Assembly: GCF_009914755.1 (NCBI RefSeq) | Contig: NC_060941.1 | Strand: one strand, 5' to 3' | Source of the DNA: the human T2T-CHM13v2.0 reference genome, Homo sapiens | DNA length: 64,000 nucleotides | In this document: positions 38,001 to 51,470 of the stretch, in pieces | How the letters are laid out: each line of letters begins with the position of its first letter | Numbering within the stretch: position 1 is the stretch's first letter | Made by a program: the position numbers and the translations under genes | Notes under the pieces: model-generated | Seen by the model: only the letters and a program-made list of their open reading frames with translations | Database searches by the model: none | What the model was told of the DNA's origin: nothing

Positions 38001-41000
38001 AGTAGAATCTACACACGCAAAGCATTTTCCTAGATAACGTTTTCAGTTTTCATTGTGAAACAATCAGTGTTTCACTATAGGTCTCAATGGGTTCCAAAAT
38101 GTCCCTTCGTAGATTCTACAAATAAGGTGTTTCCAACCTGCTGAAACAAAACTAAGGTTTAACACTGAGAGATGAATCCACACATTGCAAAGCATCTTCA
38201 CAGATAGCTTATTTCTAGTTTTTATCATGGAATATTTGGTTTTACACTATAGGACTCAAAGCCCTCAGAAATTTATTCTTTTAGATTCAAGTAAAAGAGT
38301 TTTTCATACCTGCAGTATAAAAACAAAGGTTTACTTCTGTGGGATAAACTCACACATTGCCAAGCATATTCACAGATAGCTTGTTTCTAGTTTTTATCAC
38401 AGGATGTTTAGTTTTTCACTAAGGCTCAATGGGCTTTGAAACATTCCTCTGTAGAGTGTACAAATTTGACCTGCTGAATCAAAACAACGTTTAACTTTTT
38501 GAGATGAATCCACACATCACAAAGCATTTTCACAGAGGCTTGTTTCTAGTTTTTATTGCAGGATATTGGTTTTTCTCTACAGGTCAATATTGTCTTTGAA
38601 TTGTCCCCTCATAGATTCTACAAACACCGAGCTTCCAAGCCAATGAAGCAAAAGAAAGTTTAACTTTGTAAGATGAATCTACATATTGCAAAGCATTTTT
38701 AAAAGATAGCTTGTTTTTAGCTTTTATTGCTGGATATTCAGTTTTTCACTGTAGGCCTCAATTTGCTCTGAAATGTTTTATTGAAGATCTACACAAAGAG
38801 TGTTTCCAACCACTGAATCAAAAGAAACGTTTAACTCTGTGAGATTAAATCACACATTGCAAAGCATTTTGAGAGACAGCTTCATATAGATTTATCATGG
38901 GATATTTGGTTTTTCACTGTAAGCCTCAATAAGCTTTAAAATGTCTCTTCATAGATTGCACAAAAAAAGAGTTTCCAACCTGCTGAAAAAAAAAGTTTTA
39001 ACGTTGTGAGATGAATCCACCTATTGCAAAGCGTTTTCACAAATATCATTTTTTCTAGTTTTCATCGTGGAATATTGTTTTTAAGTGTAAGCCTCAGTGG
39101 GCTCAAAAATACCCCTCATAGATTCTACAAAAAGAGTTTTTCTAACCTGCTGAATCAAAGCAATAGTTCAACTCTTTGAGTTGAATCCACACATCACAAA
39201 GCAATTTCACAGATAGCTTGTTTCCAGTTTTTATCACGAGATATTTGGTTTTTTACTGTAGGCCTCACTAGCTCAGAATTTTTCCCTCTTAGATTCTACT
39301 AAAACAGTGTTTCCAAAATGCCATATAAAAATAAAGTTTTAACTCTGTGTGATGAATCTACACATTGCAAACCATTTTCAGACATAGATTATTTCTAGTT
39401 TTTATCATGAGATATTCTGTTTTTCACTATAGGCCTCAAAGGTCTCCGAAATGTCCCTTTGCAGATTCTACAAAATGAGGGTTTTCAACCTGCTGAATAT
39501 AAAGAGAGGTTTAATTCTGTGAGATAAATCCACACATCACAAAACATTTTCACTGATAGTTTTTTTCAAGTTTTTTATCGTGTGATATTTGATTTTTCAC
39601 TATAGGCCCAATGGGATCCAAAATTTCTCTTTGTAGATTCTATAAAAAAGTATTTTCAACCTGCCAAATCAAAACAAGGTTTTAACTGCATGAGATAGAT
39701 CTACACATCATAAAGCATTTTCACAAATTGTTTGTTCTAGTTTTTATACGGGGATATTTTGTTTTTTACTATAGGCCACAGAGAGCTCAGAAATGTCTTC
39801 TTTTAGATTCTGCAAGAAGAATGTTTTCCACCTGCTGTATATAAATATAGGCTTAACTCTAGGAGAAACATCTGCACATCACAAACATTTTCACAGATAG
39901 CTTGTTTCTAGTTTTTATCACGGGATATTTGGTTTCTCACTAGAGGCCTCAATAGGCCCCTAAGTGTCCCTTTGTAGATTCTAAAAAAAAGTTTCCAATT
40001 TGCTGCATAAAAACAAAGGTTTAACTCTGTGAGATGTGTGCACACATCATAAAGCATTTTCTCAGAAGGATTATTTTTAGTTTTTTCATGAGATACTCTG
40101 TTTTTCATTTGAGGCCACATTGAGATCTGAAAAATCCCTATGTAGATTCTACAAAAAGAGTGTTTCCAGCCTGCAGAATCAAACCAAGGTTTAATTCTGA
40201 GAGATCATTCCAAACATCATGAGACACTTTTACAGATAGGTTGTTTCTAGGTTTAATTGTGGGATATTCAGTTTTTTAATATAGGCCTCAAAGGGCTCTG
40301 AAATGTCCCTTCATAGATTCTATGAAAAGAGTGTTTCCAACTGGCTGAATCAAAACAAATGTATAACTCTGTGAGAGAAATCCACACATCACAAAGCATT
40401 TTCACTGACAGCTTGTTTCAAGTTTTTATTGCAGGATAATCAGTTTTTGACTATAGGCCTCAATGGGCTTTAAAATGTACCTTCATGGTTTCTACAAGAA
40501 GAGTGCTTCAAACCTGCTTACTCAAAGCAAAGGTTTAATTCTGTGAGATGAATCCACACATCACAAAGCATTTTCACGTATAGCATGTTTCTAGTATTGA
40601 TCACTGGATATTTGGTTTGGTTTTTCACTGCAGACCTCAATAGGCTCTCAAATATCCCCCTCATAGATTCTACAAAAAGAAAGTGCTTTCAACCTGCTGA
40701 ATCAAAACAAAGTTTTAACTTTGTGACATGAAATGACACATCATAAAGAATTTTCACAGATAGCTTGGTTATGGTTTTTATCGTGTGTATTCATTTTTCC
40801 ACTACAGGCCACAGTGGGCTCCAAAATGTCCACTCAGGCCTACAAAAAGAGAGATTTTTGCCTGCTGAATCAAAACAAGGGTTTAGCTCTGTGAGGTGAA
40901 TCCACACATCTCAAAGAATTTTCACAAATACCTTGTTTCCAGTTTTCGTCACAGGATGTTGGTTTTTTTCATATGCTTCTTCATGGGATCTGAAATGTCC

Positions 41001-44000
41001 CTTCATAGATTCTATAAAAAGAATATTTCCAACCAGCTGAATCAAAACAAAAGCTTAACTCTGTGAGTTGAATCCACACATCACAAAGCATTGTCATATA
41101 TAGCTTGTTTCAAGTTTTTATCTTGAGATATAAGGTTTTTAACTGTAGGGCCCAATGTTCTCTGAATGTGCCTTCTTAGATTCTACAAAAAGAGTGTTTC
41201 CGACCTGTTGAATCAAGATAGAGGTTTAACTCTGTGACATGAATTGACACATTGCAAAGCGTTTTCACAGATAGCTTTTTTCTAGTTTTTGTCACTGGAT
41301 ATTCAGTTTTTCACTATTGGCCTTAGTGGATTCCCAAATTTCCTTTCATAGATTCTACAAAAAGAGTGTTTCCAATCTGCTGACAAAACAGAGCTTTAAA
41401 TCTGTGAGATGTATCCACACATTGCAAAGCATTTTTACAAATAGCTTGTTTCTAGTTTTTATCACAGGATATTTGGTTTTCCACTATAGACCTCAATAGG
41501 TTCCCAAATGTCCCCTTGTAGATTGTACAAAAGGAGTGCTTTCCATGTGCTGAATCAAAACAAAGGTTTTACTCCATGAGATGAATCCACACATTGGAAA
41601 GCATTTCCACAGATAGCTTGTTTCTCATTTTTATTGTGAAATATTTGGTTTTTCACTGTAGGCCTTAATGTGCACCAAAATATCTTCTCGTAGGTTCTAC
41701 AAACAGACTGTTCCCAACCTGCTTAATCAAAACAAAGGTTTAACTCCGTGATATGAATTAACACATTCTAAAGCATTTTCACAGATAGCCTGTTTCTAGT
41801 TTTTATTTCCACTTTTTTTTCACTATTGGCTTCAATATGCTTTAAAATGTTTCTTCATAGATTCTACAAAAAGAGTTTTCCAAACTGCTGGATTAAAACA
41901 AAGGTTTAACTTTGTGAGATAAATTCACACATCACAAAACATTTTTGCAGATAGCTTGTTTCTAGTTTTTATCATGGGATATTTGGTCTTTCACTGTAGG
42001 CCTAAATGGGCTTCAAAATGGCCTTTAGTAGATTCTACAAAGAGAGAATTTCCAATCTGCTGAATGAAAAAGAATGTTTAACTCTGTGAGATTAATCCAC
42101 ACAATGCAAAACATTTTCAGAGGTAGCTTGTCTTTAGTTTTTATTGCAGGATATCGGTGTTTCAATGTACTTGTTTATGGGCTCCAAAATGTCCCATTGT
42201 ATATTCTACAAAAAGAGTGTTTCCAATCTGCTGAATAAAAACAAAGGTTTAACTCTGAGAGATGATTCCACACATCACAGTACCTTTTTACACATAGCCT
42301 GTTTCTAGTTTTCATTGCAGGATATTTAGCTTTTCACTATAGGCCTCAATGAGCTTTGTAATGTCCTTTCATATAATCTACAAAAAGAGGATTTCCAGCC
42401 TTCTGAATCAAAACAAACATTTAACTCTGTGAGATGGATCCACACATCCCAAAGCATTTTCATAGATAGCTTGTTTCTACTATTTATCAAAGGATATTCG
42501 CTTTTTCTATTTACTTCTCCATGGGCTCCAAAATGTCCCTTCATAGATTCCACAAAAAGAGCATTTCCTAAATGCTAAATCAAAACAAAGGTTTACCTCT
42601 GTGAGTTGAATCCACACATTTCAAAGCATTATCACAGATAGCTTGTTTCTCATTTTTAATGCGGATATTCAGTTTTTACTATAGGCCTCAATGTGCACCA
42701 AAATGTCTTGTTGTAGATTCTGCAGACTGTTTACAACCTGCTTAATCAAAACAAAGTTTTAATTCTGTAATATGAATCCACACATCACAAAGTATTTTGA
42801 CGGATAGCTTGTTTCTAGTTTTTATCTCCACATATTTTGTTTTTCACTGCAAGCTTCAATGGGCTTTGAAATGTTTCTTTGTAGATTCTACAAAAAGAGA
42901 TTTTTTTTAACCTACTGAATTAAAACAAAGGTTTAACTCTGTGAGATGAATCCACACATCATGAAGCATTTTCACAGATAGCTTGCTTCTAGTTTTTATC
43001 GCAGGATATTTGTTCTTTCACTGTAGGCCTAAATGGGCTCCAAAATGGCCTTTAGTTGATTCTACAGAGAGAGTGTTTCCAACCTGCTGAATCGAAATAA
43101 ATATTTCACTCTGTGAGATGAATCCACACAATGCAAAGCATTTTCAGAGGTAGCTTGTTTTTAGTTTTTATTGCAGGATATTATATTCAGTGTTTCAATA
43201 TACTCATTTATGGGTTCTGAAATGTCCCTTCATATATTCCACAAAAAGTGTTTCCAACCTGCTGAATAAAAGCAAATGTTTAACTCTGAGAGATGATTCC
43301 ACACATCACAATATCTTTTGATCGATAGCCTGCTTCTAGTTTCATCACGGGATATTCAGCTTTTCACCATAGGCCTAAATAAGATTTGTAATGTCTTTTC
43401 ATAGAATCTACAAATAGAGTTCTTCCAGCCTGCTGAATCAAAACAAACATTTAACTCTTTGAGATGGACCCACAAATCCCAAAGCATTTTCATAGATAGC
43501 TTGTTCCTACTGTTTATCAAAGAATATTCACTTTTTCCATTTATTTCTCTATGGGCTCTGAAATGTCCCTTTATAGATTCTACAGAAAGAGTGTTTCCTA
43601 TTGGCTAAATCAAAACAAAGTTTTACCTCTATGAGTTGAATCCACACATCACAAAGGATTTTCACAGATAATTTGTTTCTCATTTTTGATATGGGATATT
43701 CAGTTTTTACTATAGGCCTCAATGTGCACCAAAATGTCCTGTAGATTCTACAAACAGACTGTTTACAACTTGCTTAATCAAAACAAAGTTTTAATTCTGT
43801 GATATGAATCCATACATTGCAAAGCATTTTGACAGCTTGTTTCTAGTTTTTATCTCCACATATTTTGTTTTTCACTACAGGCTTCAATAGGCTTTTAAAT
43901 ATTTATTTGTAGATTATACAAAAAGAGTTTTTTTAACCTGCTGACTGAAAAAAAGGTTTAACTCTGTGAGATGAATCCACACAATGCAAAGCATTTTCAT

Positions 44001-47000
44001 AGATAGCTTGTTTTTAGTTTTCATGGCAGGATATTTGGTCTTTTACTGTAGGCCTCAATGGGCTCTGATATGGCCCTTAGCAGATTCTACAAAAAGAGTG
44101 TTTCCAACCTGCTGAATCAAAATAAGTGTTTAAGTCTGTAAGATGAATCCACACAACAAAAAGAATTTTTACAGATAGCTTCTTTGTAGTTTTTATTGCA
44201 AGATATTCAATGTTTCAATATACTCATCCATGGGCTCCAAAATGTTTCTTGGTATATTCTACAAAAAGAACGTTTCCAACCTGCTGAATAAAAACAAAGA
44301 TTTAGCTATGAGAGATTATTCCACACATCACAAGACCTTTTGACAGATAGCTTGTTTCTAGTTTTCATCATAGATAGTCAACTTTTCACTACAGGCCTCA
44401 ATTAACTTTGGAATATCCTTTCATAGAATCTACAAAAAGAGTGTTTCCAGCCTGCAAACAAGGGTTAACCCTGTGAGATGGATCCACACATCCCAAACCA
44501 TTTTCACAAATAGCTTGTTTCTCCTTTTCATCAAAGGATATTTGCTTTTTCCATATACTTCTCCATGGGCTCTGAAATATCACTTCACAGATTCTACAAA
44601 AAGAGTTTCCAACCTGCTGAATCAAAACAAAGGTTTAACTCTGTGAAATGAATCCACACATTTCAAAGCATTTTCACAGATAGCTTTTCTCTATTTTACG
44701 TTGCGGGATATTTGATTTTTTGCTATACTCGTCCACGGGCTCCAAAATGTCCTTTTGTAGATACTACAAAAAGAGTCTTTTTAATCTGCTCAATCAAAAC
44801 AAATGTTTAACTCTGGGAGATGAATCTCTGCATGGCAAAGCATTTTTATAGATAGCTTGTTTCTAGTTTTCCTTGTGGGATATTCAGTTTTTCACTGTAG
44901 GCCTCAATGGGTTCTGAAATGTCACTCTGTAGACAAAGGGACAAACAGAGTGATTCCGTCCTGCTGAATCAAAACAAAGGTTTACCTTTTTGTGATGAAT
45001 CCACACATCGCAAAGCATTTTCACAGTTTCTTTCTAGTTTTTATCGTGGGATATTCAGTGTTTTACTCTTGGCCTTAATGGACTCTGACATGTCCCTTCA
45101 TAGATTCTATAAAAAGAGTGTTTCCAACCTGCTAAATCAAAACAAATGTTTAACTCTGTGGGAAGTATTGACACATCACAAAGCAATTTCACAGATAGCT
45201 TGTTTCTAGTTTTTATTGTGGGATATTTGGTTTTTCACCGTAGACCAAAATTGGCTCCAAAATGTACCCTTGCAGATTCTACAAGAAGAGTGTTTCCAAC
45301 TGCTGAATCAAGACAAAGGATTAACTCTGTGAGATAAATATACACATGGCAAAGAGTTTTTAGTGATAGGTTGTTTCTAGTTTCTTTAGTGGGATATTCA
45401 ATTTTTCACTGTAGGCCTCAATGGCCTCTGAAATGTCCCACAGAGATGGTACAAAAAGACTGTTTCCAATGTGCTGAATAAATACAAAGGTTTAACTCTA
45501 TCAGATGAATCCAAACATCACAAAGCATTTTCACAGGTAGCTTTTTTCTAGTTTTTATTGTGGGATATTTGGTTTTTCACTATTGGCCCTAATGGGCTCC
45601 AAAATATCCTTTCTTAGATTCTACAAAGAGACTGTCTACAACCTGCTTAATTAAAACAAAGATTTAACTCTTTGAGATGAATCCACACATCATAAAACAT
45701 TTTCAGAGATAGAATTTTTGTTATTTTTATTGCAAAATATTCGGTTTTTTACTATAGGCATCAATGGGTATGAAATGTCCTTTGTATATTCTATTTAAAA
45801 AAGTTTTTTTTTAACCTGTTGAATAAATACAAAGGTTTAACTCTGTGAGATGAATCCACATATTGCAAAGCATTTTCAAAGATAGATTGTTTCTACTTTT
45901 TATTGCAGGATAATCAGTGTTTCACTATGGGCCTCAATGGGCTTCAAAATATCCCTTTGTAGATTTTACAAAAAGATATTTTCCAATCTGCTGAATCAAG
46001 ACAAAGGATTCAATCTATGAGATAAATCCACACATTGCAAAAAATTTTTACTTAGAGGCTGTTTCTAGTTTTTATCATGGGATAATGGGTTGTTCATCAA
46101 CGTGCTGAATCACAAAAAGGTGTAACTCTGTGAGATGGAATCACACATTGCAAATAATTTTCAGACACAGTTATTTGTTATTGCTATAATGGGATGTTCA
46201 ACTTTTCTCTGTAGGCTTCAACAGGCTTCTAAAACTCTTTTCATAGATTGTACAGAAAGGGTGTATCCAAAGAGCTGAATCAAAACAAAGGTTTAATTCT
46301 GTGAGATAAATCCACACATCACAAGGTATTTTCACATATAGCTTGTTTTTAGTTTTTATTGTGTGATGTTCGGTTTGTCAATGGGCTCTGAAATGTTTCT
46401 TTGTTGAATCTACGAAAGGAAAGTTTTCAATCTGCTGAATCAGAAAAAAGGTTTAACTCTGTGAAATGAATCCACACAATGTAAAACATTTTCACAGATG
46501 GCTTGTTTCTAGTTTTTACCATGGGATATTCGGTTTTTCACTACAGGTCTCAATGACCTCCAAAGTGTCCCTTCTTAGATCCTCCAAAAAAATTGTTTCC
46601 AACCTGCTGAATAATAACAAAGGTTTAACTCTGTGAGCTGAATCCACACATGGCAAAGCGTATTCAGAGATATATTTTTTATTGTTTCTATTACAAAATA
46701 TTGGTTTATTACTATAAGCATCAATGGGTGTGAAATGTCCCTTTGTATACTCTATAAAACAAGTGTTCACAATCTGCTGAGTAAAAGAGAGGTTTAGCTC
46801 TGTGAGATGAAATCACACATTGCAAAGCATTTTCAGACATAGTTTCTTTTTAGTTTTTATTGATGAACATTCGTTTTTTCACTATACTTCTCAATGGGTC
46901 TATGTACCTTTGTAGACTGTACAAAAAGAGTGTATCCAACTTGCAGAATCACAGCAAAGGTTTAACTCTGTCAGATAAATCCAAATATCACAAAGTGTTC

Positions 47001-48978
47001 TCACAGATCACTTGCTTCTAGTTTTTATCATGAGATATTCTGTTTTTCACTATAGGCCTCAATGGGCTCTGAAACATGTTTTCCTAGATTCTACAAAAAA
47101 AAGTGTTAACAATCTGCTGAATCAGAAGAAAGGTTTAACACTGTGAGATGAATCCGCAGATTGCAAAGCATTTTCACAAAAAGCTTTCTTTTAGTTTTTT
47201 TATTGAAAATATTCAGTTTTTCACTATAGGCCTCAATGGGCTTCCAAATAACTTTTCTGAAATTCTACAAAAAAAGTGTTTCCAACCTGCTGAATGAAAA
47301 CAAAGGTTTAACTCTGTGAGATGAATCCACACATTGCAAAGCATTTTTACAAATAGGGTTTCTAGTTTTTATCGTGGGATAATCAATTTTTCACTATAGG
47401 CCTTAATGAACTACGAAAAGGCTCTTCATAGTTTCCACAGTTAAAGTGTTTGCAACCTGTTGAAACAAAACAAAGGTTTAACTCTGTGAGATAGATCCAC
47501 ACATTGCAAAACATTTTCACTGATAGCTTGTTTCTAGTTTCTATCACAGGATACACAGTTTTTCACTATATGCCTCAATGGGCTTAAAAAAGTTCCTTCG
47601 CAGATTCTACAGAAAGAGTTTTTCCAACCTACTAAAAAAAAAAAAGTTTAACTCTGTGAGATGAATTCACACATAGCAAAGTGTTTTCACTGATTGCTTG
47701 TTTCTACTTTATATCGTGAAATATTTGGTTTTTTAGTATAGGCCTCAATGGGCTCTGAAACTTTCCTTTTCAGATTCTACAAAAAGAGTGTTTTTAACTT
47801 ATTCAATCTAAAGAAAGTTTTACCTTTGTAAGATGAATCCAAACATCACAAAGCATATTCACAGATAGCAAGCTTTTAGTTTTTATCACAGAATATTTTG
47901 TTTTTCACTATATGCCTCAATGGGTTCCACAAAATTTATTAGTAGATTCTACAAAAGGAGTGTTTCCAACCTGATGAATCAAAAAAAAGGTTTAATTCTT
48001 TCAGATGAGCCCACAAATCCGAAAGCATTTTCACAGATAGCTTGTTTCTAGTTTTTACCATGGGATATTTGTTATTTCACTATAGGACTGCATGGACTCC
48101 GAAATGTCTCCTCGTAGATCCTACAGAAAGAGTGTTTCCAAACTACTGAATTAAAACAAATGTTTAAATGTGTGACATAATTTCACATATCACAAAGCAT
48201 TTTCACAGACAGCTTGTTTGTAGTTTTTATCACAGGATTTTCAGTTTTTCACTATAGGCCTCAATGTGCTTTGAAATGTCTCTTCTTAGATTCTGCAAAA
48301 AACATGCTTCCAACCTGCTGAATCAAAACAAAGGTTTACTCTGTGAGATAAATACACACATTCTAAAGCCTTTTGACAGACAGCTTGCATGAAGTTTTTA
48401 TCAGGGGATATTATGTTTTTCTCAATGGGTATCAAAGGGCTGCCAAATGTCCCTTCACAGATTCTACAAAAAAAGTCTTAAAAACTGCTGAATCAGAACA
48501 AAGATTTAGCTTCATAAGATGAATCCAGAAATCGCAAATCATTTCACTGAAGGCTTGTTTCTAGTTTTTATCACAAGATAATCAGTTTTTTACTATAGGC
48601 CTCAATTTGCTCAAAAATGTTCCCTCGTAGATTCTAGAAAGAAAGTGTTTCTGACCTGCTGAATCTCAGGAAAGGCTAACTCTGTGAGATGAGATCAGAC
48701 ATCAGAAAGCATTTTCATACATAGCTTCTTTGTAGTTTTTATCCCAGGATATTCAGTTTTTCACTATATGCCTCAAAAAATTTTGAAATGTTCCCTCATA
48801 GACAGTACAAAATTATGAGAGGACATTTCAAATGAGGGGACATTTCAAAAGATTGTACAAATCTATGAGGGGACATTCCAAATGAGGGGACATTTCAAAA
48901 GAGTGTATCCAACCTTCTGAATCAAAACAAATGTTTAACTCTATGTAATAAATCCACACATCACAAAGCATTTTCACC

Positions 48979-50703
48979 ATATCCCCCAAAAAGGAAACTC
49001 TTGTTCTCCTACTCCTATTGGAGGGCTGCATGATTCCTATAGGATGAAAAGCAGGCAGCCATGGCTGGCTTTTGCCTGGTAATCTAGGCTCTGTTTCATT
49101 TCATCTGCACGTCCTTTCTCATAGTGGAGAGGCTCTTTCATTGGGCTGTTGCTGGGTGGGACTGCCTCTCGCCACAGTTCTATTGGCTGCCGGGGATTTC
49201 AGGGAGCAAAAGGGACTTCGGGTAGGCAGGCCATGCTCCAGGTTGTGTATTATGATCTCGTTGTGGTGCCTGAGGTTGTTTGCACTTTGCAGGAGACTTT
49301 TGGGTCCTCTGACAGGAATCCTTGAACGTTGCTTGGACTCCAGCACAAGTCAGCTCGTTCTCTCATGCAAACCTTGATTTTCCTTTGTTTTCATGGGGGC
49401 GGGGGGGGTCAACAGTGCCCCTCAACAGCACTGCTGGACACCCTTTTCATGCTTGCAATCGCCACAGACGGCCTCTGAGACAATGTCTCAACCTCCTCTG
49501 CACCCGTGAGAGGCCAGTTCAAGGTGTGAGAACACTGCTACGCCTTGGACTTGCCTTTGCCGTAGTTCCTGCCTTTCCCAGAGAGCCCCTGCGAGGCCCA
49601 GGATGAAGGGAGGCAATGAGGTCAAAGGCCCGGCCATCTTTCGCTGACACCCGCCTCTGGGGTCTCAGGTATGAGTTCATCACCCAAAGACCCCTCAACA
49701 GGTCACCAGACTATATTCCAATCCCCATGGGACCCGATTCCTGAACGCAGCCTCTTTCGGGAAGGGAGTCAGAAGAGCAGTTTCCAGAGACCAACTCACA
49801 CTCTCGAAATGCCTCCTTCTCCAGCGGGACCCGACCTTGGAGACGGTCCGAGGGGGCCCTAAGGTCGAGACTTTTAGGGTCCTGCAGTGGATTATCGTAG
49901 GCAGCCTTTTTCCTGATACCAGACCAGCTCTGCCTGTACCATTTTCCTCTGTTTAAGCAGGCTAACAGCTCTGACAGCTGGGCGCCCGAGACTGCCTCGC
50001 TAAAGCGCATGCGCTAGTCTCAGGGCGCCAGGCCTGAGCTGTAAATTCTGGCTAGCGTCACAATGAATGCCACCGTCACCTAGCGACAAATCCCTGCGGC
50101 TTGGCGGAGACAGAGAACTTTGTGGAGGTGCCTAGGCGGTGGACTCTCGCCTGTCTTCTCTGTGGGATCCACGGGATAGTCCCATGATCCTAGGAGAGGG
50201 CAGACGTGAGCCAGCCTGAAGAAACGCCAAGCAGGAGCCCCAGGAATAAACCGCAAAATCCCTAAGGATCCAAAAGGATCTGCAGGATGCCTCAGGCCTG
50301 CCTAGTCATCGTAGGGGTAAGTCTTTTTGAAACTTGCCCCACTGTGATTTTTAGATACAGCCCACCTGTGTTCCTCAGGGTTGCTCTCTCTTAGGTGGGG
50401 TTTCCTTCAGAAACATGCAGCCTCAGAAGCTGCCGGTCTGTGTGTTCTGTGGGAGTGTTACAAGTGTTGGAAGTCTGCGTGTGTGTGTGTGTGTATGTGC
50501 CTGTAAGTGTAGTCGACTTAAAGGAATGTGGCTAATGCACTGCAGCGCTTCTTTTTTTTTGAGTCTCCCAACCTTATGTTGTCCTGTCTGTGTGGCTCTG
50601 CTTGGTCTGCGCGGCTCGGTGCTCTTTATCTTTCTGTGGATCATGAATCCGCAGTGAATTCGGAGGCTGGCTGAGACCGGCCTGGGTCAAAATCACCTCC
50701 ACT

Positions 50704-50740
<37 letters not shown>

Positions 50741-51470
50741 TGTTCTTCTAGAAAGAACAGGAGCACACCACACCCAAGAAAGGACATCTCCCAGTGTTTT
50801 ACCGTCTTGCGTCCAAGTCAGGGAAAGACACTAGCAGTTCTGTCCGCAGGGCAGAATTTACATCGAATTCAGTTCCCAGCCGAGCAGGTACTTCCCGTCG
50901 TGAGGGGGCACTCCTCCATCATCTTCGGATTTCATTCAGGGACAGAAAGTGTGAGCAGCAATAAGGTCAGATAGGGGAGAGGATACAATCTGTTGTGGGG
51001 TGAATGAGGTCCCACACCTCTACCTGCAAAAAAGGTGAAGACAGATGAAGGTGCTTCCAGCTGCATCCCCTCAGTCCCTTAATTGCACAACCAGTACACC
51101 CATGGCCCGGTGTTCAGGTGGGAAAACTCCAAGGTGCAGGGAACATTTGGAGTGCAAACTGAGGCCATCCTGACAAACTCCCAATTTGGGGGCTTTTATA
51201 CCTAGAGCCAAATGGAAGTGTGATGGGTTGATGCTGGGTGGGATGTGGCCACCGCACTTGCCTCTTCTTTTGCTGACTTCCATGTTCCTCATCGGCCTAG
51301 GGTTTCCTGGGGCTGGCTCAACGTCTTACACACTAAATGTTTCACAGTTCACAGAGGACGATCCTCATGGGAATCCATTACATGAGTGTTTTCTTCTAAA
51401 CGCTGTCACGTTTTAATGACTGGCAGCTGTTATAATTTTAAAACCGTAAATTCCCATTACATTCACCAAC
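48979..51470. repeat. GC-rich macrosatellite unit 1 (SST1/NBL2/MER22-like)
   Basis: ggaaactcttgttctcc at 48993 recurs at 51473, a period of 2,480 bp, and the units are colinear throughout. Internal (GT)n tract. The family name rests on unit length, adjacency to alpha satellite and recalled sequence. Confidence 0.7.
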
